DNA of 64,000 nt, taken from Antedon mediterranea (taxonomy: Eukaryota > Animalia > Echinodermata). Numbering within the stretch: the first letter of the stretch is position 1; the number at the start of each line of letters is the position of its first letter. The stretch lies in NCBI RefSeq assembly GCF_964355755.1, contig NC_092678.1, forward strand, positions 18,803,365-18,867,364, read 5' to 3'. A program made the position numbers and the translations under genes. Below the pieces are notes generated by a model. The model had not been told where the DNA came from. It worked only from the letters and a program-made list of their open reading frames with translations, and did not search any database. Shown piece after piece: positions 49,926-62,625 of this stretch.

Positions 49926-51209
49926 TCTAACATCATGTTTAACAAAAATTATAATAATTTAAAATCTATTACAAATTAAGATTATATATAAAGTGATTTA
50001 CATCTTTAAAATAAGTTAAATGTGCGCTCAATGAAGAAAAAATCATTTTAACACTAGCAGTATAGGGTGGTTGCTAGGCAATATCGCCCTGGGCAAGGCT
50101 GTCAGAATTAAAGCTGTGGGCCTAGCTTTTGGGCCTAGATTAAACACACTAAATTAACTTACTAAATATAATTTTTTTTACTTTCTAAAGTACTTTATTA
50201 TATTAAATATACGTTTTAATTACTAATTTGATACAAATAAAAATGATTATTATTATTTTGCTTCTTAAATACCGTTTTAAAGTTGTCACACTTGTAACCT
50301 ACCTTACCTCAGGCCGCCATTTTTTTCGAGCTATTCTTGAGATAGTCCAGGACTAACTTTCTTAAACCTACCCCTTGGGTGGACTATCTTTTGCCGGTTT
50401 TAGTCCAGGTTTAGTCCAGGACTAAAGTTAGTCCCCTTTCATGAATACCATTTCAAAATAGTCCAGGACTAAATCCAGAGATAATCCAGGACTAAAGTTA
50501 GTCCCCTTTCATGAATACGGGCCTAAGGCCTAAGCTTATAAATTAGTGGATTAATAAATAAAAAACAAGATTATATTTATAATATCAAAAGGATGAGCCT
50601 TTGTCTCAACACCACCACCAACAACAACAAGCAACTGACAACAGTTTAAAAAGTGTATCAAATGAAACTAACCAATGACAAGGCTGTCTCTTATGAAATT
50701 TGATCTTGCGTGAAAGGTCAATTTGATTCAACACAACTGGTAGGCTATACTAAAACATTTGTATTAAACAAATAATAATTTTGCCAATATGCAAAATGCC
50801 GAAATAACCAATAATCAAGCTACATCTTACATTTATATTATTAGGTGGGCAGATTATAGGCTATTTTTAGGTTGAGGTGGCAATGGAAGTACTACCAGCT
50901 AATTTAGATATTTTTTTTGAAAATACAGTACTGTATAGGTCTTGGGACGGTGACAACTCAAAATTATCCAGAATCCTCTTGTGGGAACATGCCCTAAACG
51001 GACAATCAAAATGTTGATTTTCGGAGAAAAAGAAAACCCAAAATTACTTTTCTCTAAAACTATACTCACCAATAATCATTTAAACTTGCTAGAAACATAT
51101 TGTAGTATTGGAAAATGAATAAAACAATGGGGGGAAAAATACCCATTGCAATAGCAACCGTTGCTATGCATTTTTTCCATTTCAGATTTTACACAGATTT
51201 TGTTTTCCA

Positions 51210-53940
51210 TAAAAAACTCTCCAGGACATCAAGTAGTTGTAATGCACATGATCTACCTTGTCTGAATCCAAATTGCTCATTGTACAAAAGACCATTACTC
51301 TCAAGATACGTTACAAGTTTATCCCTAATAATCCTTTCCATCATTTTCCCTATGACCGACGTTAAACTAACCGGTCTGTAGTTAGCCGGGTCCTCCTTTT
51401 TGCCTTTCTTAAATATAGGTATTACAATTGCCTCCTTCCAAGATAGAGGGATCTTCTGATCATTGAATAATCTAGTGAATATTAGACTGAGAGGGTAAGC
51501 AATTTGATCCTTTAAATTCAATCAAAACCCGTGGGTGAAAGTCCACAGTGCCAGCTGACTTATCTATAACTAAGTTAGACAACAGCTTATGAATATCTTC
51601 TACATTAAACTCAATATCTGACAAAGAAGCCTCAATCATTTTATCAAGATTCGGAACATTTGATAAGTTCTCCTTACAAAAGACACTGCTATAGACGGCT
51701 TTATCTTGGTCATCTACAACAAGTTTACCTTCAACATTTCTAAGAGTAGGAATACCAGATCTGGTGTTTAACTAAGAATTTACATAGCGCCAAAAAGACT
51801 TTTCCTTACTCTAATAAACGTGTTCCATTTGACACTAGCATAGTCATGCCCTTTACGTTTTGCTTTGATATACTGTTTCCAGCATTTATTCTTCTGTTTA
51901 ATAGACTTACCAAACTCCTTAGTATACCACAAAGTTCTCTTAACATTTCCAGACAAGTGTTTCTTACACTTTGGAACAAACTGTTTCATACCTCTAGATA
52001 AGATCTCATCAAAAGAACCGTGCGAGTGTAACCCGTCCTTATCCAATAACTCAGTGTCCCAATCGACACCATCAAGAAAACCACGAAACTTATAATCAGC
52101 ATGGGAATAAGTTCTGACCTCTACCACCTCATCTTTGATTAAATTAACTGGAATTTTAAATCGAAGTACCATAATATGATCACTCTTACCTAATGGTGGA
52201 GCTTGAAGGACCTCACTAATAGAATCCTCATTAGATGTAAGTACCAGTGGCCGTATTCACCAATCACACTTAAGTGAGATATTTCCCTTAAATCCTAAGG
52301 ATTTCCCTTAAATCAAGAAAATATTAAGGGTTTCACTTAAGTGGTATTCACAAAGGGTTTACGGTTAAGGGGGAAACCCTTAACTTGGTCTATTTTCCCC
52401 TTAACTATTCAGTACCTTGGTTGTGCTGACAATTCTGTATGTGCGAGTACTATGCCTACTTGTAGATGGCCCCAGTCTAGGCTAGGTAGAGATGCTAGGC
52501 CCCCTGTTGGTCTGCCCACTAACCAGCCTAGGATTCATGTTTGGTTTGAGTAGCATCTAGACCTTTTTTTTGCTGATCCCCACCCATACAAATTAGTCTA
52601 TGCCTATATATTCATTTATTTGTTTTGTTTTGACTGCCATTATTTTTGTGGAAGATGGCTTCCCATTTCGTTGTAATAGAAATTAGTCCCATTCTAGTAG
52701 GCTAGGTAGAGATGCTAGGCCCCCTGTTGGTCTGCCCAGTAACCAGCCTAGGATGCATATGCCTCAATACAGACAGGTTTAGGCCTACACAGAATGTTGG
52801 TTTGTTAGTAGCATCTAGGCTAGACCAATTTTTCTTGATCCTCATACAAATTAGTCTAGGTTTATTTTCATTTACTTGTTTTTGTTTTGACTGCCATTTT
52901 CTTTTTATTGATCGTCCATACACTTTTCTCTTCATCCTCCCCGTCTCTTTTTTTAAATATGCAAATTAGTTTTAGAGAGGAAAAATGATTGGACCATAGG
53001 GGAATTAAATCCTCTGTGATTGGACAATGGGACAACTCATGAATATTTATGATTATTTTTACCCTTAAGTTTTACCCTTAAATTAAGCGTTTTCCTTAGG
53101 TAAGTGAATCCCTTAACTCATTTAAATTAAATTTAAATTTTAAGGGTAAGTATTTCCCTTAGCCTAAGTGAGATTGGTGAATACGGCCACAGGTCCAGAA
53201 CATTGGCCTGTTCTCCTATTCTGTAACGGGTTGGGTCTCGTACATGCTGAGCTAAAAATAAGTCATTAATGGTGTCGAAAAAATTATGACTATTTTTACC
53301 ATCTTCACCAGTCACATATCCTAGCTCCCAATTAATACTCCTATAATTGAAATCTCAAACTATAATAAAATCACAACAAGAAAAGGATGCCACTTTTCTA
53401 AACAAAGAACACAAAGCAGAATTATTGACACTAGATCCGGCGTCACTTCTATACACACATCCAATTAAAAAGGTGTGATCTTTGACTTTAATCTCAACAA
53501 ACATGGATTCCTCAAACAAAATATCTTTAAACAAAACCGGAGTGGCAGACATCCCATTTCGAACATAAATAACAACTCCTCTACCAGATGAAAGCTTTTC
53601 ATTTGGCAAAAACATCTGAAAACCAGGGATATGAAACTCTTCTATAGACAATTAAAAAAAGTACTTCTTTGGTAGAATCTCAGTCAAAGCAATGATATCA
53701 ACTTTCTCTGAAGATAAACGCAACAGAAGCTCATTCTTCTTATTTAGAAGGGAATCACAATTTGTATAAAACACATTAAAAAATAATTAACATCTTCTGA
53801 CTGCGTAGAACTTACATTGTTAGGCAGTGTTCTCTTCCGATTGGGTAGTGCTTTGGGAACAAAACCGAGTTATTTTCCCCCTTCTAATTACCAAGTCTTT
53901 TCCCCCTTTGCTTTGCCTATCCCTCAATATGTCCCCAAGT
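51210..53940 (-). mobile_element. Decayed CR1-type LINE (ORF1 end, APE endonuclease, RT N-terminus), truncated and interrupted
   Basis: FYTNCDSLLNK, GRGVVIYVR, IGCVYRS, NVLDL|VLTS...PPLGKSDH, WKEAIVIPIFKKG..DPANYRPVSLTS, QFGFRQGRSC. Confidence 0.88.
52248..53189. mobile_element. Non-autonomous Harbinger-superfamily element with CAG TSD inserted in the CR1 endonuclease
   Basis: TIR TGGCCGTATTCACCAATCACACTTA / TAAGTGAGATTGGTGAATACGGCCA. CAG at 52245-52247 and 53190-53192. Removal restores ...VLDLVLTS... Internal direct repeat ~52480-52640 / 52699-52895. Confidence 0.9.
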
Positions 53941-53959
53941 TTATCAAGTCAATAAATTA

Positions 53960-55188
53960 TTTATAAAAATTCATCAGAACAGTGAAAAATTAGATTAGTT
54001 TACACTTTACGTTTGCCGATTTTCGCACTGACTTAGGGGGAAAGCCTTCAAAATCAATGAAGCGTAACGTATACATTCCTGCTGAGCGCGAGGGAGGAGC
54101 GAGACGACGATACACGTGCTCTCTGCCCATGCCTGGCATCGTCACGTGATAATCAGATACAGTATACAATACAAAACTGGTCGGGTCGTGTATACCCCGT
54201 CTATAATCACAACATGAACGATGTACAGTATTTGATTGAAGGTCGAATCGACCTACCGGAATGGTATAGATAATATTGCTCGAATGAGAGAGTTGGAATA
54301 TTTATAAACATAAGTATTGGTAATTTTAACAAGTGTAGCCTAGGCTATCCTATAGTAAAAGGCCTGGTAGTATCAATTCGCATAGGGTCTACAAGCTACC
54401 TCAATTTTTAACTGGGCCGGATCGGCTAGGTCTACTTGCTTGATGCAGTATCCGCTTTTTTATGCCTACTTAGTCGATCGTCGGGACACCATACGTGCGG
54501 ACGGCGATCGGACCTTGTTTTGCCTCAATATTTAAAGCCGATTTTGTAGAACGTTTTAAGTTTTAGGAGTCCTAGGTTTTAGGAGTTTGGTTGATAGGAT
54601 GGGATTGGAATCCACTGAGTTTTGTTATTTATGGGCCAATCGTCTAGTAGGCTAGCTAGGCCCATGGGCCCCAATGTTTTAACGTAGGCCTAGCCATCGT
54701 GGCATGGAATCCCATAAAAGAAAATGATTTTACGTGAAACCAATAATTCTGTACCACGGAATGTTACAACTCCCTGATAATAGAGGTATAAAAATAGTAT
54801 AATTTATGACTCCATGAATGATCTGTACTATTTTTGTATTTCATTAAATCATGTCAAATAAATATATGCTACTGTTATTATTACACTTTAGGCCAAGCTT
54901 AGAAAATCTACAAAAAAATGTATTTCACAATGATTGGGTGGTCGTCGTTTGACAGTGGAGAGAATCCACTGATGACCTGATTTTGTGAATATCTCATGAA
55001 TATTAATGAGCTTCCTTAAGCTGCTGAAAAACAGGCTTTCCATGAATTTACCCTAAAATGTATATAAAATTTAATTTTTTTAATTTCTCGTTATTACTTC
55101 TTCATTCTGACATGTCTATATTGTTATAATATTTGTTATTTAATAAATAAACGATATTTAAAAGAGATTTTAAACCCAGAATCTCCCT
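53960..55188. mobile_element. Possible one-ended Kolobok-like element remnant
   Basis: Ends CCAGAATCTCCCT followed by TTAA. GC/AGGCCT-rich interior resembles 8184-8809. No matching left TIR found. Confidence 0.3.
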
Positions 55189-55240
55189 TTAATGTGCATT
55201 GATATCTACCTAATTCACAATATTTATTATACATAATTAG

Positions 55241-55480
55241 ACCCAGAGATAGAGAGGAATAACGAACAGTGGGACTGCTTAAAGCCAACGATAAGTGCAA
55301 ATACCATAATCAATATCAACAATAGGTACGATTTAGATCCCGCAACTTCGTCAGACACAACTTTTCCGTCGGGTACAAATCTAATAACACGTTGTCGCAA
55401 TGTTGGTAAATTTAGACTTGACAATGCAAACGTACGAACTTGCGATAATGGACAATGGACAGGGTGGCTTGTGACTTGCA
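55241..55480 (+). CDS. Host gene exon: sushi/CCP domain 1
   Basis: TAG| ... |GTAAGT, 240 nt, phase 1-1. PEIERNNEQWDCLKP...FPSGTNLITRCRNVGKFRLDNANVRTCDNGQWTGWLVTC has 4 Cys plus the conserved Trp. Not in the ORF track. Confidence 0.88.
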
Positions 55481-55987
55481 GTAAGTTCTATACAGTTTTT
55501 CCCTCAGTAATAATTATATTCACTGTAGGCCTATACGTTATGTCTATTGGTATATAACATGATAATAAAAAAACATGTATTGCTGGGCGAAATGTAAATA
55601 AATCTATCTGGAAACTGATTATGATGTAAATATGAATTTGGTTTGTGGTCACAGAGAATCCGGTAGATCAACTAACAAAGTATTGCCAACACAATCATGG
55701 AGATGTTTATAAAATAAAGAGAAATAATATTGTGTGATAGAAGAGGTTATGCATGATAGTACTAGGACTTCGTATGAAGCTCAAAATAAGACTGGGTCGA
55801 CATTAGTTTACTATGTCCAGAATAAAAACTTGATTTGCATTATTAGCCAAGCTGTGTTTAGAGGGAAAATAACCTTCACCATTTATAAATTTAGTTAATA
55901 CAACCATTTTTTTTGTTTGATAATAAAATAAAACATAAGGCTATGACAAGCATCTACTTTATGTATTTAATATTGATTATTTTTCAG

Positions 55988-56314
55988 CTGAAGCAGAAAA
56001 TAAACTTATGTTTTATAGACCAGATATTTCATTGTATTCCTCGATGCGTCGACAAGTTGCCCCGGATAGTACGTACGTCATGATTGCTTCACCTAAGACA
56101 GGAATTAAAGTACAGTGTCAAGTAAGTGATACTGCAGTAATTGGTTTTGAACCCTTCTCTGGCCAAAATGACTTAGAGGAACATACTTACTGGACGACAT
56201 CAACAAAGGTATATTATGAAATCGAAGAGACTCGACATTCCGGAGTGTATACATGTAGAGATGATTCAGATATCAACCTTCCAACACAGAGGGTAGAAGT
56301 TCGTATAGTTGCTG
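55988..56314 (+). CDS. Host gene exon: Ig-like domain
   Basis: CAG| ... G|GTAAGT, 327 nt, phase 1-1. IKVQC...HSGVYTC...VEVRIV. Confidence 0.88.
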
Positions 56315-57060
56315 GTAAGTAAAACAAAATAATGTTTATAGAATCTTTCCTGATTCTACAACAAAATCAACTATTTTACGTTTTTAGTGTTTACCTTAGT
56401 TATTTCAACTTACCTTCGAGTTGCAATAACAGTGTACTGACTTGTTGATGGGACTAGTAGCAGTATACGAATAATAGTGCTTATGATGGACAAGTAATTT
56501 CATGGGGTGAACGACGAAAGTCAAATAAAAATATATCTTCTTCATCGAATTAATCAAATTAGCACATAAATTAATATAAAAATGTTAGTTCCGATCGAGT
56601 GCCATCCTGAATGTTATTGTTGATGCCTATGCAAAAGTGAAGTAAAAAATAGGCAACACTATTGGATATCGCGGTCGGGAATTCGGTTGCCCTTTTTCCT
56701 CCGTTTGAATATTTGACCCATAATCCTCCAATCAAATGACAATGATATTATTTGTGTTTGCTTAACTTCCTGTGTTGAACAAAATATTTTGATATTAAAA
56801 GAAAAAAACTTATCCTATCCAATAAAACTGGGTCATCAGTAGTGCTTTCTCGTCGACAAAAGCCAGTATTGTGGTTTTTAACAATTTACTGTAAAGCTCT
56901 GTCTATACTATCAAACTGTTTGTGACAAAAAAAAGGGATATGCTCATATGGACATGATGTTGTCATCACTAGTCATACTTGTGCACATTACACAATCACA
57001 TGGTCATTTATAATTAGTATACCTGGAACCAATACACCAAATTCACACTGCTAACCACGT

Positions 57061-57135
57061 AACTTCAACCTGGTAAGATATCCACCAGCTAACTTCAACC
57101 TGGTAAGATATCCACCAGCTAACTTCAACATGGTA
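57061..57135. repeat. 30-bp tandem repeat, ~2.5 copies
   Basis: AACTTCAACCTGGTAAGATATCCACCAGCT. Confidence 0.9.
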
Positions 57136-57611
57136 TTTGTTATCCAACTAACAACTTCAACATCGTATGCTATCTAATAAGACAAAACTGTATATCAAAG
57201 AGAAATTATTAAACAGTGAATACATTGTCGTTGTTACAAATAATGAATGATAACAAATTAAATCGGTAATGCATTCATAGTAATACTGTAAAAAATTATT
57301 GTTGTATAGAAAATATATACTCACAGTATTGGCGAAATCCACAATTTAAAATTTAAATATAACATGTCTTAATTAGACAACTTCTGCAGCACCAACGCTC
57401 ACGCAGCCTATTCAATAATGCTTCACTTGATATGCAAATACGCCCGCAAATACCAGTAGTGAACAATAGCAATGCAATGCGATAATTATATTGCGCCACC
57501 AATAATATAATATAGGAACTTTGAAAGCTTTCCGATCCATCACAATTTCCCCGCTTGGATGCCCTTTTGACCTTAAAGGAGCGAAACAAATACATTTATT
57601 TTTTAGGTGTG

Positions 57612-58149
57612 TTCTGGCTGTTTTACTTTATCATTTTGATTTAGCTTTTCGCTTTTTTTTTTGTATCTCCATTGAGATCCAGCCACTAACTGATACCCAC
57701 AGCATTGTCATTTTTTCAGTAATTTGCCTTTGGATTTATATATATGAAGGGCTAGTGTTGCCCGAAAGCTCTGATAACTTTTCTGGCTGTTTTACTTCTC
57801 GTTTTGATTTAGCTTTTCGCTTTTATTTTGTATCTCCATTGAGATGAGAGTAATTTCTCTGTGGATTTATATATATTTTCTACTGTTTGTATCAATTTTG
57901 ATCTGATTTTGCTGTAATCCTGGAGGGTACTTTGGATAACTTTACCAAATTCTTTATACTATGACGTTATTGAAATTCCGTCACTTGCACTGATGAAGGG
58001 CTAGTGTTGCCCGAAAGCTCTGCTAACTTTTCTGGCTGTTTACTTTATCGTTTTGATTTAGCTTTTCGCTTTTTATTTCTGTATCTCCATTGAGATCCAG
58101 CCACTGATACCCACAGCATTGTCATTTTTTTTCAGTAATTTGTCTTTGG

Positions 58150-58157
<8 letters not shown>
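57612..58157 (+). mobile_element. Penelope-like element pseudo-LTR remnants in partial tandem (3 copies)
   Basis: Direct repeats of TTCTGGCTGTTTTACTT...GGATTTATATAT at ~57612, ~57781 and ~58030. Two are preceded by a hammerhead motif. Confidence 0.7.
57986..58025 (+). ncRNA. Minimal type I hammerhead ribozyme (Penelope-type)
   Basis: UGCA-CUGAUGA-AGGGC(UAGUGUU)GCCC-GAA-AGCU-C-UGCU. Core intact, 4-bp stem II, palindromic AGCU in place of stem III. A 5'-truncated copy lies at 57745-57776. Confidence 0.75.

Positions 58158-58220
<63 letters not shown>
58153..58220. repeat. (TA)n microsatellite
   Basis: Perfect TA run. Confidence 0.98.
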
Positions 58221-58222
<2 letters not shown>

Positions 58223-58329
58223 AATCAGGCAAAGAACATTAATTCTAAACCGCCCGGTGATATACTGAAATTTAATTAATTAATTTGAAACGATAAAGAT
58301 GAGGAAATCTGTGAGAATGAGACATTAAA

Positions 58330-61300
58330 GAATTAAACTCGTCACTGGAGGACGAGTTTGGTTATCCGCCCGCAACAAACCGTATCTTGCGCATTCAAGA
58401 TACGCATTCAAGTACTTTTCAGTTGTGACTTTTCCAAAAATGTAGCCTATTCAAAATAAAAACTGCCCCTTCAGTGTATTAACCAAACAAATCCTTTCAT
58501 TTAATTGTTTTCCCGTGATGGGATTCGATCCCGGTACCTCTGATACCAAAATCGGTTGCACTACACATCGAGCCATATGAGCACCTGCTGAAGAAAATCC
58601 GAAGAAAGAGTCCTCGTTCATTCGGTATGTCGTGAATTCCCTCGATGCAAGTTGATTATTACATATCGAACTTAAATCATAATTTTTACTATGATGAAAT
58701 CATCACAAATTTTAAACACTGACATATTATTAAAGTGCATACTTTCAAGTTTTATATATTAACATGTAAAGAAAAAAGACAAACGTTATGTTTATTGTTT
58801 TGCTCTTTGAAAATGTTATTGTTTGTTTGATGATAAAAATTTCGAAAATTATATTTAATATGCAAATAATGTAGCCATCAAACACGTTTTAACATTAAAA
58901 ATTATAATAAATCAGATCTATGATTCATACACTACAAGAAATTAAAATAAAAAAATATGTAACCTTGCATTCTGATGAACTGTATCGTTTTTAAAAGTAG
59001 ACATATTTTTCAACATTTTCACAATTTCTTGACGTTTTTGTGCGCAACCTGTCATGTTTAACGTGCTCGTAGAACGCCATTTCAAGTTGAATAGTGAATA
59101 AAATAACGTAAAATTGTTAACCAAAGATTTAAAAACACAAATCGTGTAAAAGAAATACTCATACGTGTTGCCTGCGCCATGCGCGCGTAAAAATGTGTGC
59201 ACCAGTTCCAATTTTTTAAACGCTTAAAATTACTTGAATCGCGTAGAAAGTTGATTAGAAATTGATTTTTCGCATTTTGAAATTTTAAACGCGCGTGCGC
59301 GTGTAACTTTTTGTGAAACATGCCATTTTTAATCCATAGAAAGTTTGCCCATGATATGACTTAAATTTTCACAAAGTTTCAATACAAAATGACTTTTAGT
59401 TTTTATTCTATGATCAATCATTGAAATTCATAAAATCGCGCATAACTTACGCTGCGCGACTCGAAATTCGAAAAAAAAAAGGTTTCTTGCGCATCTACAC
59501 CTACAGGGCAATCTTTTGACAAAGTTATACAACTTTATGTTGACCAGAATTAGAGATATACTGCGAACAAAATTCGTGGAAAGAAAGAAGAAACTAGACA
59601 TGAAACTCGTCACTTTGACGAGTTAGTTATCCGCTCGACAAACGCCACGTGCACGTCATACGTTGGAATGTTGCACACAGAAAAAGATTATGGCATTATG
59701 ACCTGAACTGAAGAATATGATATTTTGTTAGTGCTAAATTCGGTCTATTTTGTGTCATATAGTATATACATTAGTACACAGTATAATCTGTATACACGTA
59801 ATTTAAATTTTCAGGCATGATGATGTCATAAAAATTTAATATCTTTTACTCATGTATAAGATAGTTGATTGACCTAGACAATATTAAAATCTCGGAGAAA
59901 AAGGAATACGGATAAGCGTGATGCGCTCCATTTAATGTGATGAGCAATAAACGAAAGAGACAAAAATCATATATTTTACATTCGTGTGGCCATACGATGA
60001 TGTCACAATGTCCGGTTAGGCATATTGATTAATGATCCGATATCTACAACTCATCACCTTCCAGAATATGTAAGTAAAAAAAAATTTACCTCGTAGTTTA
60101 GAATCTATGATTGTTTAAAAAAGGCATAATTTTGACGAATTTTTGAATTTTTTCATTAAAAACACGCACAAATTGCTTTTTTTAATCCACAAAAAGTTTG
60201 CCCTTGATATGACTTAATTTTCAGAAACTTTTTCATCAAAAACGCACGTAAATTATCCAATTCGACGTGCTCGTATGACGTAATTTTAAGTCTAAATTGT
60301 TTTAAAATTTGATAAAATTACTATAAAAGGCTGGAAAAACCTAATTCACGCAAAAAAAAGATGTTTTTAGCGCTACGTGCGGACCACGCGCGTAAAATTG
60401 TTCGCGCGCGTGGGAATTTTTGACATGCTCAAAATGTCATGATCAGCGTAGAAAGTTGATTAGAAATTAATTTTGCGCATTTTAAATTTTAAATGCGCGT
60501 GCGCGCGTAACTTCGTGTAAACATGCCATTTTTAGTGCACAAAAAGTTAGCGCAAGATATAAATTAAACTTTTGCTAAGTTTCAACTTAAATTGTTATAT
60601 GGTTTTCAATCTATGTTAAATACGGGAAATTCATAAAATCACGCGTAAGTCACGTTACGCATTTCTGACGTCATTCACAATAGTAGGCGCACAACTTCAC
60701 GTAAATGCCCATATGTTGACAAAGTTATGAAATGTTATGTTTACAAATTTTTTATATAAGCGAGACACAAAAACAGAGGAGAAATGCGCGTGCGCGCGTA
60801 ACGTCTTGTAAAACATGGCATTTTTAATTCACAAATAGTTTGCCCTTGATATGACTTAAATTTTCAGAAACTTTTTCATCAAAAACGCACGTAAATTATC
60901 CAATTCGACGTGCCCGTATGACGTAATTTTAAGTCGAAATTATTCAAAAGTTGGTAAAATTACTAGACAAGGCTGGAAAAACATAAATCACGTGAAAAAA
61001 ATTGTCTTCAACGCTACATGCGCATCACGCGCGTAAAAAATCGCGCGCGCGTGGGAATTTTTTACATGCTCAAAATGACATGAAACGCGTAGAACTTCGT
61101 GTGAAACATGCCATTTTTTTCTCACAGTCAGTTAGCGCAAAATATAACTTAAACTTTTGCTAAGTTTCAATTTAAATTGTTATATTGTTTTTGATCTATG
61201 TTAAATACGCGAAATTCATAAAAACGCGCGTAAGTTATGTTGCGCAACTCTGATGTCATTTACAATAGGAGGTGCACAATTTTACGTGAATTCCCACATG

Positions 61301-61550
61301 TTGACAAAGTTATAAAATGTTATGTTTACACGTTTTTTAGTTACGCGAGACACAAAATTGACAGAAAGAAAGATTAATACAGAAAAAAAAAAAAAAGATG
61401 ATTTCATACAGTTACAAGGAGTTATCCGCTGAATGCGGATAACTAAAAAAAAAGTAACAGGACGATTACAAGGAGTTATCCGCTACTAAGCGGATAACTA
61501 AAAAGGAAAAAAAGATCGTGACAATATCAAGGGGTTATCCGCTAACCAAA
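58330..61550 (+). mobile_element. Tandem Helentron/HINE-like elements with internal duplications and reiterated 3' hairpins
   Basis: 5' hairpins AAACTCGTCACTGGAGGACGAGTTT (58335) and AACTCGTCACTTTGACGAGTT (59604), each followed by GTTATCCGC. 3' hairpin AGTTATCCGC..GCGGATAACT at ~61420 and ~61474, plus a partial copy at ~61533. Internal ~600-bp repeat 60180-60775 / 60825-61360. Confidence 0.65.
58511..58582 (-). pseudogene. tRNA-derived sequence (SINE-head-like) inside the Helentron-like element
   Basis: Minus strand TGGCTCGATGTG (A box-like) ... GGGATCGAATCCC (B box-like), ~72 nt. Poor acceptor stem. Confidence 0.45.
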
Positions 61551-61830
61551 AAGTAACACTACAATAACAAAGGTTAAGTTCATAAATCTTATCTGTCCAA
61601 TACTCTTTACCTTATGCACAATCCAGGGTTTGTTAAAACAATGGTTGAAAATGCACAATACAATCCTTCGTCAGGAACGCTTGAATCATTACATCCTGTC
61701 CGTGACGCCAGTTTGTCAAACTAGTTTGATAGTGTAGATAGAGCTTAAGTGTCGCTCACGCAATGAATGCAATACCAATTCACGAGCATCATTACTTCCC
61801 TAAAGCAAATTTTTGTGTTTTTTTTTTTAG

Positions 61831-62019
61831 CTTTTTACTGCTCAACTCCGGTAATAAATAATGGAATGGGTATTGATGTAACTGAAGGGTCTCAGCCACC
61901 ATATCTAATGAATACAGAACTGTTATTCGTTTGCGACCCGGTTTTCGAATTGGTTGGAGAACATTATTTAAAATGTCTTACTAGTGGAGAATGGGATTAC
62001 GATATTCCATATTGTGTTT
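61831..62019 (+). CDS. Host gene exon: sushi/CCP domain 2
   Basis: (T)nAG| ... T|GTGAGT, 189 nt, phase 1-1. FYCSTPVINNG...FVCDPVFELVG...KCLTSGEWDYDIPYC. Confidence 0.92.
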
Positions 62020-62419
62020 GTGAGTATACAATGACAACAATGCATCAGCTGATTATACATTGTGTACGTGTTTTATATAGACAGACACGATGCAAAGCTG
62101 TTTCCATAAAACCCAGCCTCAAATACTCCCTACCTCTCTCAAACCTACAATAAAACTTTGATGAACTCCAAGTCTACGAATATAATTAAGTAACTATTCT
62201 ATCTATGAATATTTGTGTATTTATCTACTACTAATACAAGCATCCCTTAGTCTATATAAATTAATATTTGGAGATAAAACGACATAATATATGATTTGTT
62301 ATCAGTATTTTTAATAACATCACCACAATCAACGTAAACCTTAAATGATGTATATTTCTATACAACCTGTATGATCAGCCGTAAATCATCCAGTACATGT
62401 GTAGGTATTAACAATACTA

Positions 62420-62625
62420 ATATTGATGATGATGATTATATTAATTGATGATAATATTGATATTGATGATGATATTGATATTGATGATGGTGTTGATATT
62501 GATGATGATGATGGTGGTGTTGGCGATGGTGATGGCGACGACGATGACGATGGCAGGATAACAAAGACGACGACGACAATGATAACAATAAACAATAAAA
62601 CAATAAACAATAAAACAATAAGACA
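62420..62625. repeat. (GAT/GAC)n and (ACAATAA)n simple repeats
   Basis: Trinucleotide-like low complexity in an intron. Confidence 0.9.

Larger units (their letters stand above)
36437..50523. mobile_element. PIF/Harbinger element with TAA TSD and no transposase; left end duplicated (36437 and 44811), single right end
   Basis: TIR GGCCGGTATTCATGAAAGGGGACTA / TAGTCCCCTTTCATGAATACGGGCC. TAA at 36434-36436 and 50524-50526. Subterminal TAGTCCTGGACTA palindromes. Encodes a Myb/SANT protein. Confidence 0.88.

Noticed and set aside
57745-57776. Second Penelope hammerhead as an independent ribozyme
   Set aside because: Lacks the 5' CUG of the catalytic core and the stem I 5' strand.
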